From NCBI GenBank assembly GCA_902520385.1, contig CABYOB010000002.1, positions 5,842-69,841 on the forward strand: 64,000 bases of DNA. The letters are read 5' to 3'. Below the pieces are notes generated by a model. That model was not told where the DNA came from and did no database searches. It was given only the letters and a program-made list of their open reading frames with translations. Each line of letters starts with the position of its first letter. Positions within the stretch are counted from its first letter, which is position 1. The translations under genes and the position numbers were made by a program. The DNA comes from an uncultured Bacteroidota bacterium (lineage in GTDB: Bacteria > Bacteroidota > Bacteroidia > Flavobacteriales > TMED113). Positions 1-11,110 of the stretch are shown one piece after another.

Positions 1-771
1 AGCTTCGTGAGAAAAAAATCCATTTGGAGAGGGCGCAACAACCCCAGGTGAGTCTGATTGTTTGATCGAAGATGCATCAAATATAATTAAATCTGAGTTC
101 CTTAAATAAGGTTCCGACTCTTCAATATTTTGACGAAAATCTCCTAATCTGAATGTTTCAAAAAACATTTTTTCCATTTCATGAGCTTCGTCCTTTTGAA
201 CAAAGTAGCTTTGAAAACCAATGTTGGAAAAACTGTTAAGATGATTAGGGTCTTCTTTTATAATATTACCTAAATAATTATTTGAATTTAACTTTAAGCT
301 TTCTGGAGAAATCATATCAAATTTTGAATCTAATGAACAAATATTTATCCCTTTATTAAAAGATTCATATGATTTATACATTGGGTAACATAAATCTTGC
401 CCCCCACCTATAACAATAGGAATAACACCATCACTAATTAGATTTGAAATTAAGTCTGTTATTGCAAAATAAGTATCTCTTATTTCTTCTCCTAACTTAA
501 AATCTCCTAAATCCAAAATTCTAACTTTCCAATTTCCAATATATAAACTATAGAGCGACTTCCTTATAGAATCCATATGCATGGAAACAGATTCCTTATT
601 AATTATCCCTCTGTTTTCATCAACTCCAAATATTGCCACTTCAGCTTTTTGAAAATCAGGAAAATCATCGTTAGAAAAAACTGTTATAGCCTCACCAATA
701 GTCCCTGGCACTGCATTTTTCTTTAACTCTAAAATTTCACTTGAAACTGGATGAAAATAATTTGAAAACAT
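1..771 (-). CDS. Formimidoylglutamase/arginase-family protein (3' end runs off the window)
   Basis: Not in the ORF track. Manual translation from ATG at 771 gives MFSNYFHPVSSEIL...DFPDFQKAEVAIFGVDENRG...LDLGDFKLGE...IPIVIGGGQDL, a ureohydrolase-type sequence. This gene usually follows topA in Flavobacteria. Confidence 0.8.
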   Translation of the reverse strand, partial: MFSNYFHPVSSEILELKKNAVPGTIGEAITVFSNDDFPDFQKAEVAIFGVDENRGIINKESVSMHMDSIRKSLYSLYIGNWKVRILDLGDFKLGEEIRDTYFAITDLISNLISDGVIPIVIGGGQDLCYPMYKSYESFNKGINICSLDSKFDMISPESLKLNSNNYLGNIIKEDPNHLNSFSNIGFQSYFVQKDEAHEMEKMFFETFRLGDFRQNIEESEPYLRNSDLIIFDASSIKQSDSPGVVAPSPNGFFSHEA

Positions 772-788
772 ATTATTCTCAAATTAAT

Positions 789-3065
789 TTATTTTTTTTT
801 TGATTTTTTATTATTTGAAATTAAATCTAAACAATCCAATCTTGATAATTTTTTTGGATCTGTTGATTTAGGAATTTTATAATTCTTTCCCTCTGATTTA
901 ATGTATGGGCCATATCTTCCATTTAAAACCTCTATTTTTGGGTCTTGTTTATCAAAAATTTGTATATTTTTTTGTTGATCAAATATTTTTTTCTGCTCTA
1001 TTAATTCTATACATTGTTGCAATGTTACTGCAACCGGATCGATTTCCTTAAGAGAAATAAAGCCATTATTAAATTTTATATACGGGCCAAATCTCCCTCT
1101 ACCTATTACTACTTCTTTAGACTCATAGGTGCCAATATTTTTGGGAAACTGAAATAAATCAAGTGCCTCTTCTAAAGTTATATTTTCTATTGATTGATTT
1201 TTTTGCAAACTAGTAAACCTTGGTTTTTCTTCATCATCATTTTCTCCTATTTGAACCATTGGACCATAACGACCTATTCTAGTATATACTTTCTTTCCAG
1301 TCTTAGGATCCAGCCCTAATTCTCTAGCACCAACAAATTTTTCCGCAAACTCAGTGACTTTTGAAATTTCTGGATTAAATTCTTCATAAAAAACTTTAAT
1401 CATTTCATTCCATTTTAAAGACCCACTTGCGATATTGTCAAAATCTTCTTCAACATTTGCCGTGAAGTTATAGTCTATAATATTTGGAAAATGCTTCATT
1501 AAAAAGTCATTAGTAACCAAACCTATATCCGTTGGAAACAACTTGCGTTTTTCAACCCCATAATTTTCTGTTTGCTTTGAGTCAGTGATTTCACCATCTT
1601 TTAATAAAAACTCTAAATATTCTCTTTGCTGACCTTCAGAATCTCTTTTCTCAACATAACCTCGTTTTTGAATTACTGAGATAGTAGGGGCATATGTAGA
1701 GGGTCTTCCTATTCCAAGCTCTTCAAGTTTTTTAACTAAAGAAGCTTCATTATATCTTCCTCTTGGTTTTTTGAATTTTTGTCTAGCTAAAATATGATCT
1801 AAATTTAACAAGTCTCCATCATTCACAGACGGTAAAAATGATGTACTTGTAACCATTGGATCAATTTCTAAAAAACCTTTAAACTTTACAACCTCACCCT
1901 TACAAGTAAAATAGTACGACTTATCCTGCACATCTTCACCATTAATCTTTATTGTTGTAATTTCAGAAACGGCTTCAGCCATTTGTGAAGCAATTGTTCT
2001 TCTCCAAATTAAATTATATAGTTTTGCCTCATCCCCTTCTATTTCTGAAAGCTGCATATTTGTTGGTCTTATAGCTTCATGAGCTTCTTGAGCATTTTTT
2101 GATTTGTTAGCAAAACTGCGAGAAAAGAAATAATCCTCTCCAAATTTTTCAGACACATATTTTCTTATATCAGATCTTGCCTCTTCAGAAATATTAGTTG
2201 AATCTGTTCTCATATAAGTTATTTTTCCAGACTCATACAATCTTTGAGCTAAAGTCATAGTTCTACTAACAGAGTATCCAAACTTAGTTGAAGCTACTTG
2301 TTGTAAAGAAGACGTTATAAAGGGAGGTGATGGCTTTTTTTTAGATGGTTTTTTATCAACAGAATCTATTACAAAAGCTGTTTTTTTATGATTTTCTAAA
2401 ATTAATTTTAACTCATCTAAACTATTTACATCCTTATTTAATTGAGCAATTATTTTGTCACCTTGTTTTGTGGCAAATTCTGCTTGAGCACTAAAAAAAT
2501 CATCTTTTATAAATGATTTTATTTCCTTTTCTCTCTCTGCAATCAATCTCACCGCAACTGACTGAACTCTACCAGCTGATAATCCCGACTTTACTTTTTT
2601 CCAAAGAACAGGTGATAATTTAAAACCAACTATTCTATCTAAAATTCTTCTAGCTTGTTGTGCAAAAACAAGGTCAATATTTATCTCTCTAGGATTTTTA
2701 ATAGCGTGAGTAATTGCTCTTTTTGTGATTTCATGAAAAGCAATTCGTCTGGTGTTTTCTTTTTTTAACTTTAAGGTATCAAATAAATGCCAAGAAATCG
2801 CCTCACCCTCTCTATCCTCATCAGTTGCCAGCCAAATTATACTTGATTTTTCAGCATGTTTCAGGAGCTCGCCAACTATTTTCTTCTTATCAACGGAAAC
2901 CTCATAATTGGGCTCAAAATTATTATCTATTTGGATTCCTAAATTTTTTTTTGGCAAATCTCTAATATGACCAAAACTAGAAACCACTTTATAGTCTTTT
3001 CCTAAAAACCCTTCAATAGTTTTGGCTTTAGCAGGTGACTCTACAACAACAAGATTTTTTGCCAT
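789..3065 (-). CDS. topA: DNA topoisomerase I
   Basis: MAKNLVVVESPAKAKTI TOPRIM start, SAGRVQS, ITYMRTDS catalytic Tyr, C-terminal GRYGP repeats. Likely start is ATG 3065; the ORF track extends to 3089. Confidence 0.97.
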   Translation of the reverse strand: MAKNLVVVESPAKAKTIEGFLGKDYKVVSSFGHIRDLPKKNLGIQIDNNFEPNYEVSVDKKKIVGELLKHAEKSSIIWLATDEDREGEAISWHLFDTLKLKKENTRRIAFHEITKRAITHAIKNPREINIDLVFAQQARRILDRIVGFKLSPVLWKKVKSGLSAGRVQSVAVRLIAEREKEIKSFIKDDFFSAQAEFATKQGDKIIAQLNKDVNSLDELKLILENHKKTAFVIDSVDKKPSKKKPSPPFITSSLQQVASTKFGYSVSRTMTLAQRLYESGKITYMRTDSTNISEEARSDIRKYVSEKFGEDYFFSRSFANKSKNAQEAHEAIRPTNMQLSEIEGDEAKLYNLIWRRTIASQMAEAVSEITTIKINGEDVQDKSYYFTCKGEVVKFKGFLEIDPMVTSTSFLPSVNDGDLLNLDHILARQKFKKPRGRYNEASLVKKLEELGIGRPSTYAPTISVIQKRGYVEKRDSEGQQREYLEFLLKDGEITDSKQTENYGVEKRKLFPTDIGLVTNDFLMKHFPNIIDYNFTANVEEDFDNIASGSLKWNEMIKVFYEEFNPEISKVTEFAEKFVGARELGLDPKTGKKVYTRIGRYGPMVQIGENDDEEKPRFTSLQKNQSIENITLEEALDLFQFPKNIGTYESKEVVIGRGRFGPYIKFNNGFISLKEIDPVAVTLQQCIELIEQKKIFDQQKNIQIFDKQDPKIEVLNGRYGPYIKSEGKNYKIPKSTDPKKLSRLDCLDLISNNKKSKKK

Positions 3066-3148
3066 TAAATTAAATATTAGTACAGGCAAAAATAGTTTTT
3101 TTTTCTAATTAGCAAATATTGTTATAAAAAAACATTAACGACGCTGTG

Positions 3149-3178
3149 TGTCATTTTGTCAGTAAATTTTTATATTTG
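3149..3178 (+). promoter_or_regulatory. Bacteroidota sigma-70-type promoter of the miaB operon, overlapped by a TGTCA-N3-TGTCA box
   Basis: TATATTTG (TAnnTTTG -7 element) at 3171-3178; TGTCATTTTGTCA at 3149-3161. Confidence 0.6.
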
Positions 3179-3207
3179 CATAATTTTAAAAACTAAAGAT
3201 TTTATTT

Positions 3208-4647
3208 GTGATTGAAGAAAAAAAAATTGATGAAAAACGACAAGGAGAAATTTTGTCAATAAGGTCAAAATCAAAAACACTAGCTACAAAAAAAATGTAT
3301 CTCGAAAGTTATGGTTGTGCAATGAATTTTTCTGATAGTGAAATTGTAGCATCTATTTTACAAGATGAAGGATACTCAACAACCAAAGAAATTGAAAACG
3401 CTGACATAGTTTTGATTAATACATGTTCTATAAGAGAAAAAGCAGAACAAACAGTTAGAAGAAGATTGAAGAATTTTTTGAAAATCAAACGCAAAAAACC
3501 CGAATTAACTATCGGTATACTTGGCTGTATGGCTGAAAGATTAAAAACAAAGTTTTTAGAACAAGAGAAAATAGTTGATTTAGTTGTTGGCCCAGACGCA
3601 TATAGAGAATTGCCTAAACTAATAAAAGAACTAGAAGACGGACGCAAGGCTGTAAATGTAATTTTATCAACGGAAGAAACTTATGCTGATGTTATCCCGG
3701 TTAGATTAGGAAACAATAAAGTAACTGCTTTTATTTCAATCATGAGAGGATGCGATAATATGTGTTCTTTTTGTGTCGTGCCCTTTACGAGAGGAAGAGA
3801 AAGAAGTCGTGATCCTCTATCAATAGTAAATGAAATTCAAAATGTATACGAAAATGGATATAAAGAAGTTACTCTTCTTGGCCAAAACGTTGATTCGTAT
3901 TTATGGAATAATGGTTTAAGCAAAAAGGAAATAAATAAACTACCCTTACAAAATCAAAAAAACAATATTAATTTCGCAAAACTATTAGAGCTCTCAGCAA
4001 AAAAATGTCCTAATATTAGAATAAGATTTTCAACTTCTCACCCTCAAGACATGGGAGATGATGTATTATATACAATGGCAAAATATAAGAATATATGCAA
4101 ATATATTCACCTGCCAGTTCAATCAGGAAGCTCAAGGATTTTAAAGCTCATGAACAGAGGTTACAGTAGAGATTGGTATATTGATAGAATTGATGCTATT
4201 AAAAGAATTATTCCTAATTGCGGCATTTCAATGGATATTATAACTGGATTTTGTTCTGAAACTGATTTTGACCATAACCAAACATTATCTTTAATGAATT
4301 ATGTTAAATATGATTTTGGATACATGTTTAAATATTCTGAAAGACCTAATACTTTAGCTCAAAGAAAATACAAAGATGATGTAGATGAAAAAATAAAAAG
4401 CAAAAGATTAACTGAGATCATTACCCTTCAACAAAAACATTCACTACATAATAACAAAAAACATGTTGGAAGCATTAAAGAAGTTTTAGTTGAAGGTTAC
4501 TCAAAAAAATCCAAAGACTTCCTCTATGGTAGAACTACACAAAATACAGTTGCTGTTTTTCCAAAAGAAGATATCAAAATTGGAGATTTAGTAAATATAA
4601 AAATTAATGACTGCACGTCTGCAACATTGTTAGGAAATAAATATTAA
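3208..4647 (+). CDS. miaB: tRNA-2-methylthio-N6-dimethylallyladenosine synthase
   Basis: SYGCAMN and NTCSIRE (UPF0004), radical SAM CDNMCSFC, C-terminal TRAM domain. Confidence 0.96.
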   Translation: MIEEKKIDEKRQGEILSIRSKSKTLATKKMYLESYGCAMNFSDSEIVASILQDEGYSTTKEIENADIVLINTCSIREKAEQTVRRRLKNFLKIKRKKPELTIGILGCMAERLKTKFLEQEKIVDLVVGPDAYRELPKLIKELEDGRKAVNVILSTEETYADVIPVRLGNNKVTAFISIMRGCDNMCSFCVVPFTRGRERSRDPLSIVNEIQNVYENGYKEVTLLGQNVDSYLWNNGLSKKEINKLPLQNQKNNINFAKLLELSAKKCPNIRIRFSTSHPQDMGDDVLYTMAKYKNICKYIHLPVQSGSSRILKLMNRGYSRDWYIDRIDAIKRIIPNCGISMDIITGFCSETDFDHNQTLSLMNYVKYDFGYMFKYSERPNTLAQRKYKDDVDEKIKSKRLTEIITLQQKHSLHNNKKHVGSIKEVLVEGYSKKSKDFLYGRTTQNTVAVFPKEDIKIGDLVNIKINDCTSATLLGNKY

Positions 4648-5865
4648 ATGATTGATTTACAAAAAATAAAGCAACGTTTTGGAGTTATCGGAAATTCCGT
4701 TCTATTAGACAGATGTCTAATGAAGGCAACCCAAGTCTCACAAACTGAGATATCTGTTTTAATAACTGGAGAAAGTGGGACAGGAAAAGATATTATCCCT
4801 AAAATTATTCATACTAAATCTATACGAAAACATGGTCCATTTATTGCTGTTAACTGCGGGGCTATTCCTGAAGGAACCATGGATAGTGAATTATTTGGAC
4901 ATGAAAAGGGAGCATTTACTGGAGCTATTAATAATCGAAAAGGTTATTTTGAAGAAGCAAATAATGGGACTATTTTTTTAGATGAACTAGGAGACATGCC
5001 TATTTCAACTCAAGCCAGACTATTACGTGTTTTAGAGAATGGGGAGTTTATAAGAGTAGGTTCTTCAAAAATTCAAAAAACTAATGTTAGGATCATTGCA
5101 GCAACAAATATAAATTTAAAAGAAGCTGTTTCTACAAAAAAATTTAGAGAAGATTTATACTATAGGTTAAATACAGTGGAAATAAAAATGCCTTCATTAA
5201 GAAAAAGAAAAGAGGACATACATATATTATTTAGAAAATTTGCAAGAGATTTTGCTGACAAAAATAATATACCTCAAATTTCGCTGACAGAAAAAGCCAT
5301 AAACCTTCTTAATAAATATAATTGGCCAGGAAACATTAGAGAGCTAAAAAATTTTACTGAAAAAATATCCATAATTGAAGAAAAAAGACTATTGTCAGAA
5401 AAAGATATTGAACCCCATTTTCCATCTCAGGAACACTCCCTAATTAGAGGAAATATTAAAAGCTCTAATTTATCTGAAAGAGAGATTCTTTATAAAGTAC
5501 TTTTTGAAATGAAAAATGATATAAATAACTTAAAAGAAATATTAAATTCATTTTCACAAAATAAAAATTATAAAACAACTATAATTGATTCTATTGATCA
5601 AAAAGAAGATGTTGAAAAAGATGAAATAAAATTACAAGAAATAGAAATCAATAAATTAAATAATTACTCAGTTTCTAATTCTCATCTAAAATCTGAACCT
5701 ATTGAAGAAACTATTGAGGAAAATCTATCCTTAGAAACTCAAGAAATGAATATAATTAAAAAAGCGCTTGAAAAATACAAAGGGAAAAGATCTTTAACTG
5801 CAAAAGAGTTAGGTATTTCTGAGAGAACCCTTTATAGAAAAATTAAGTATTATGACCTTAAGTAA
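4648..5865 (+). CDS. Sigma-54-dependent Fis-family transcriptional activator without an N-terminal sensor domain
   Basis: GESGTGKD Walker A, GAFTGA, FLDE Walker B, WPGNIREL, C-terminal HTH LGISERTLYRK. Confidence 0.93.
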   Translation: MIDLQKIKQRFGVIGNSVLLDRCLMKATQVSQTEISVLITGESGTGKDIIPKIIHTKSIRKHGPFIAVNCGAIPEGTMDSELFGHEKGAFTGAINNRKGYFEEANNGTIFLDELGDMPISTQARLLRVLENGEFIRVGSSKIQKTNVRIIAATNINLKEAVSTKKFREDLYYRLNTVEIKMPSLRKRKEDIHILFRKFARDFADKNNIPQISLTEKAINLLNKYNWPGNIRELKNFTEKISIIEEKRLLSEKDIEPHFPSQEHSLIRGNIKSSNLSEREILYKVLFEMKNDINNLKEILNSFSQNKNYKTTIIDSIDQKEDVEKDEIKLQEIEINKLNNYSVSNSHLKSEPIEETIEENLSLETQEMNIIKKALEKYKGKRSLTAKELGISERTLYRKIKYYDLK

Positions 5866-6358
5866 TCATCTTTTTTGTTTTTTTATTATCATTTTTTTTA
5901 CCAATGGTTGTGGGATATATTCTTTTTCTGGCTCTTCAATTCCTGCAAACGCTCAAACAGTATATATTAAAGAAATACAAAACAATTCACTTCTCTCAAG
6001 CCCTGAACTAGCTCAGCTAATTACAGAAAGCTTAAATAATTATATATTAACTAAAACTAAACTAAAAACCTCCTCAATTAATCCAGATTTATCTTTTTCA
6101 GGAAAAATAACTAAATATAATGTTAACCCAATCTCCATTAACTCGGAAGATAATGCTTCTCAAAATAGACTATTTATTGAAGTTGAAATTTATTATGAAA
6201 ACTCAATTGATAGCTTAAATAATTTTTTAAAAACATTCTCAAACTATGTAGACTTTAATAGTTCTGAAAATTTTATAGACTTAGAAAGTGAATTAAACAT
6301 ATTAATTATTGATAAATTAGTTGAAGATATTTTTAATGCCTCTTTTTCAAATTGGTAA
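5852..6358 (+). CDS. lptE: LPS assembly lipoprotein LptE family
   Basis: Lipobox NGCGIYSFSG, C-terminal EDIFNASFSNW, typical Bacteroidota gene context. Confidence 0.8.
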   Translation: MTLSNHLFCFFIIIFFTNGCGIYSFSGSSIPANAQTVYIKEIQNNSLLSSPELAQLITESLNNYILTKTKLKTSSINPDLSFSGKITKYNVNPISINSEDNASQNRLFIEVEIYYENSIDSLNNFLKTFSNYVDFNSSENFIDLESELNILIIDKLVEDIFNASFSNW

Positions 6359-6915
6359 CTATGAGTAAAAAAATTATAACTACATTTCTTTCTGGAAAAA
6401 TAAATTCAGATAATAATCACTTCAAAATCAAAGAAATGATTGAACTCTTTCCATACTGTGAAACAATTAGAAAAATAGACGTTTTAATTAAAAATAGCAA
6501 TGAAGACATTACATTTGAAGAAACTCTTACCAAAACAGCATTATACAGTAGTAATCGAAAAAGCTTATTCCTATTAATATTAAAAGAATCTGACTCTACA
6601 TTATTTAACAAAATTCATGAAAAAGGGGAGATCAACTTAAAAACTAAACTTTCATTTCAAGATTGGTTAAAATCATCAACTTCAAATAACATAAATAAAA
6701 AAGTTAGTACAGGAAATAAAGCCAAAACTATTAACTACAATAAAAACACTGATGATTTAATGACTGAAACTTTAGCAAAATTATACATTGAACAAGGTCA
6801 TTTTGACCAAGCTTTAAGAGCATATCAAATTCTACGTTTGAAATATCCAAAAAAAAGTAGTTTATTTGCAACTGAAATAAAGAAGATAACTAAGTTAAAA
6901 TTAAATAACAAGTGA
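6352..6915 (+). CDS. Conserved TPR-containing hypothetical protein
   Basis: C-terminal MTETLAKLYIEQGHFDQALRAYQILRLKYPKKS is typical of the gene between lptE and secG. Likely start is ATG 6361. Confidence 0.75.
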   Translation: MVTMSKKIITTFLSGKINSDNNHFKIKEMIELFPYCETIRKIDVLIKNSNEDITFEETLTKTALYSSNRKSLFLLILKESDSTLFNKIHEKGEINLKTKLSFQDWLKSSTSNNINKKVSTGNKAKTINYNKNTDDLMTETLAKLYIEQGHFDQALRAYQILRLKYPKKSSLFATEIKKITKLKLNNK

Positions 6916-7133
6916 TGGGATTTTTAATATTTTTAATAATAGTCGTATGTATTTTTCTCGCTTTGATTGTTTTAGTACAAAATTCAAAGGGAGGTGGATT
7001 ATCCTCTACCTTCGGTGGTGGAAATCAAATTATGGGAGTTAAAAAAACTGCCGATGTTCTAGAAAAAACCACTTGGATTCTTGCTGCTATCCTAGTTGCA
7101 CTATGCTTAATCTATAATATTTACGCATTTTAA
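6912..7133 (+). CDS. secG: Preprotein translocase subunit SecG
   Basis: Two TM helices, VQNSKGGGLSSTFGG, LEKTTW. Confidence 0.93.
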   Translation: MMGFLIFLIIVVCIFLALIVLVQNSKGGGLSSTFGGGNQIMGVKKTADVLEKTTWILAAILVALCLIYNIYAF

Positions 7134-7154
7134 ATATAAAAAAGTTGAAAATTA

Positions 7155-7195
7155 TGACAACTTGTCACTAGTTTTTTTTTGGCATAATTTTTGTC
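7155..7195 (+). promoter_or_regulatory. Sigma-54-type promoter of groESL with an upstream TGACA-N3-TGTCA palindrome
   Basis: TGACAACTTGTCA at 7155-7167; TGGCATAATTTTTGT at 7180-7194 (GG-N10-GT, resembling -24/-12). Confidence 0.65.
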
Positions 7196-7225
7196 AATTT
7201 TTACTTAAATTAAAAACTAAAATCT

Positions 7226-7492
7226 ATGAAATTAAAACCATTAGCTGATAGAGTTCTTGTTGAACCCTTAGCTGCAGAAGAAAAAGTTGGAGGTATTTAC
7301 ATCCCAGATACCGCAAAAGAAAAGCCTCAAAAAGGAAAAATTGTGGCGGTGGGACCTGGTGAGAAAGACAATAAAATAACTTTAAAAGTTGGAGATTGTG
7401 TTTTGTATGGTAAATACTCCGGAACAGAAATAAATTATGAAGGATCAGATTATCTAATAATGAAAGAATCTGATGTACTAGCAATTATATAA
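7226..7492 (+). CDS. groES: Co-chaperonin GroES
   Basis: [31 protein letters not shown]. Confidence 0.98.
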   Translation: MKLKPLADRVLVEPLAAEEKVGGIYIPDTAKEKPQKGKIVAVGPGEKDNKITLKVGDCVLYGKYSGTEINYEGSDYLIMKESDVLAII

Positions 7493-7499
7493 ATACTAA

Positions 7500-9164
<1,665 letters not shown>

Positions 9165-9168
9165 ATTG

Positions 9169-9208
9169 ATAATAAAAAGGCTTGATTTCGATCAAGCCTT
9201 TTTATTAT
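9169..9208. terminator. Bidirectional intrinsic terminator between groEL and ftsZ
   Basis: Perfect hairpin ATAATAAAAAGGCTTGAT-TTCG-ATCAAGCCTTTTTATTAT between convergent genes. Confidence 0.9.
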
Positions 9209-9214
9209 AACTAC

Positions 9215-11095
9215 CTAATCTACATTATCATGTAAAAAAGAATTATTGCTTCTTAATTCTTGTTCGTTCTCATTTAATGTTAACCTAGAAATTGGTTCTT
9301 CTGAATCTGATCCTTCTATGTCATCTAATTGAACACCTTGTCTTTTATATGCAGGCTCATCTTCTATATGCTGCATGTGCCTAGATTCTTTTTTTAACTC
9401 CAAATCATAATTATACCTATCTAATCTATTTGATCTTTCCTCTGCTATTCTTTTTTGCTCTTGAATTAAATTATAAGCATCGTTATCTCCAGGGAGAGAA
9501 GAGTTTGCAACTGATTCTATATTTCCAATAGCACTTTTATTATCACTAACTAATGTGTCTATTTTAGCTTCACTAACCTCATTTATTATTGGTGTATCTA
9601 TTTTAGATTCACTATCCTCATTTATTATTGGTGTATCTATTTTAGATTCACTATCCTCATTTATTATTGATGTATCTATTTTAGATTCACTAACCTCATT
9701 TATTATTGGTGTATCTATTTTAGATTCACTAACCTCATTTATTATTGGTGTATCTATTTTAGATTCTATATTACTGCTATCATTAAATCCTAATTCTCCC
9801 TCTTGTATTTCTGAATCAGAATATATATTAGATACATCAAGAGATATTGTGTTTTTTTCTAACTCCTCATTCTTTAACTCTGTTGTATTATTTTTTTTAG
9901 TATTAATCGAAAGGTCTATGTTTTCACTTTTTTCATCTTCAGAGCTTAGTTCGTGAATTATAATATTAGGCTTTTGTGAAATTGGATCAATATTAGTTCC
10001 GAAGGATCCTGTAGCAATTATTGTAACACTTATACTATCCTCCAGACTTTCATCATCACCAACTCCCATAATAATATCAACATCTCCTCCTGACTCATTT
10101 TGAATATGAGTATTTATTTCACCTATTTCATCAAAAGTTATTTCATCATTCCCTGACATTAGTAATAATAAGACTTTATCTGCCCCCCTAATTGTATTTA
10201 AATTTAACAAAGGAGAATCTAATGCCTTTTTGATAGCATTCATTGCTCTATTTTCTCCACTTGCTTTAGCAGAGCCCATAATTGCTGTTCCGCTATTCTT
10301 TAATACTGTTTTTGCATCATTTAAATCAATATTAACCTGTGCTTTTACAGTAATGACTTCAGAAATTCCTTTTGCCGCCACTGTTAGTACCTCATCAGAT
10401 TTAGCAAACCCAGTTTTAAATCCTAACGTTCCATATATCTCAATAAGTCTATCATTATTAATAACAATTAAAGAGTCAACATGCTGCTTCATTTTTTCAA
10501 TGCCTAATTGGGCTTGTTGCATTCTTTTTTTACCTTCAAAAGAAAATGGAACAGTCACAATAGCAATAGTTAAAATATCTAACTCTTTTGCTTTCTGAGC
10601 AATTATAGGTGCCGCACCTGTCCCTGTTCCTCCTCCCATTCCTGCAGTAATAAAAACCATTTTTGTTCCTTGTTTCAAGATGGTGTTAATTTCATTAATA
10701 CTTTCTAATGCTGAATTCTCACCAACTTCAGGATCTTCACCTGCTCCCAAACCCTCAGTAAGCTTTATTCCTAATTGAATTTGTGTAGGAATTAAACTAT
10801 TATTTAAGGCCTGTGCATCAGTGTTACAAATAACAAAATCTACCCCCTGGATACCCTGTTCGAACATATAGTTAACTGCATTACTTCCACCGCCTCCAAC
10901 ACCAATAACCTTAATGGCAGATGATTGATTCTTCGGAAGATCAAATTCTACAACTGAGTCATCTTGAATATTAATACTTGTGGCGCTCTTCTGATCTTCA
11001 ACTTCAAAATCTAAACTATCTGCAAACTCCATAAAATTATCTGAAGAATTTTTTTCTTCATTTAAATTATCATTAGTTAAATCTTCTATTTTCAT
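9215..11095 (-). CDS. ftsZ: Cell division protein FtsZ with an acidic N-terminal extension and a repeat-expanded C-terminal linker
   Basis: IKVIGVGGGG, GGGTGTG, Bacteroidota C-terminus EPAYKRQG...NNSFLHDNVD. Confidence 0.97.
   Translation of the reverse strand: MKIEDLTNDNLNEEKNSSDNFMEFADSLDFEVEDQKSATSINIQDDSVVEFDLPKNQSSAIKVIGVGGGGSNAVNYMFEQGIQGVDFVICNTDAQALNNSLIPTQIQLGIKLTEGLGAGEDPEVGENSALESINEINTILKQGTKMVFITAGMGGGTGTGAAPIIAQKAKELDILTIAIVTVPFSFEGKKRMQQAQLGIEKMKQHVDSLIVINNDRLIEIYGTLGFKTGFAKSDEVLTVAAKGISEVITVKAQVNIDLNDAKTVLKNSGTAIMGSAKASGENRAMNAIKKALDSPLLNLNTIRGADKVLLLLMSGNDEITFDEIGEINTHIQNESGGDVDIIMGVGDDESLEDSISVTIIATGSFGTNIDPISQKPNIIIHELSSEDEKSENIDLSINTKKNNTTELKNEELEKNTISLDVSNIYSDSEIQEGELGFNDSSNIESKIDTPIINEVSESKIDTPIINEVSESKIDTSIINEDSESKIDTPIINEDSESKIDTPIINEVSEAKIDTLVSDNKSAIGNIESVANSSLPGDNDAYNLIQEQKRIAEERSNRLDRYNYDLELKKESRHMQHIEDEPAYKRQGVQLDDIEGSDSEEPISRLTLNENEQELRSNNSFLHDNVD
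9554..9766 (-). repeat. 39-bp tandem repeat (about 5.5 copies) inside ftsZ encoding ESKIDTPIINE[V/D]S
   Basis: TTTTAGATTCACTA recurs at 9601, 9640, 9679 and 9718; copies are near-identical. Confidence 0.95.
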
Positions 11096-11110
11096 AAAAT
11101 TGTTAATTTT

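Noticed and set aside
9554..9766. Possible CRISPR array
   Set aside because: Repeats are head-to-tail with no unique spacers, lie in frame within ftsZ, and no cas genes are present.
9555..9956. 133-aa repetitive hydrophobic ORF antisense to ftsZ
   Set aside because: Simply the reverse reading of the 39-bp linker repeat.
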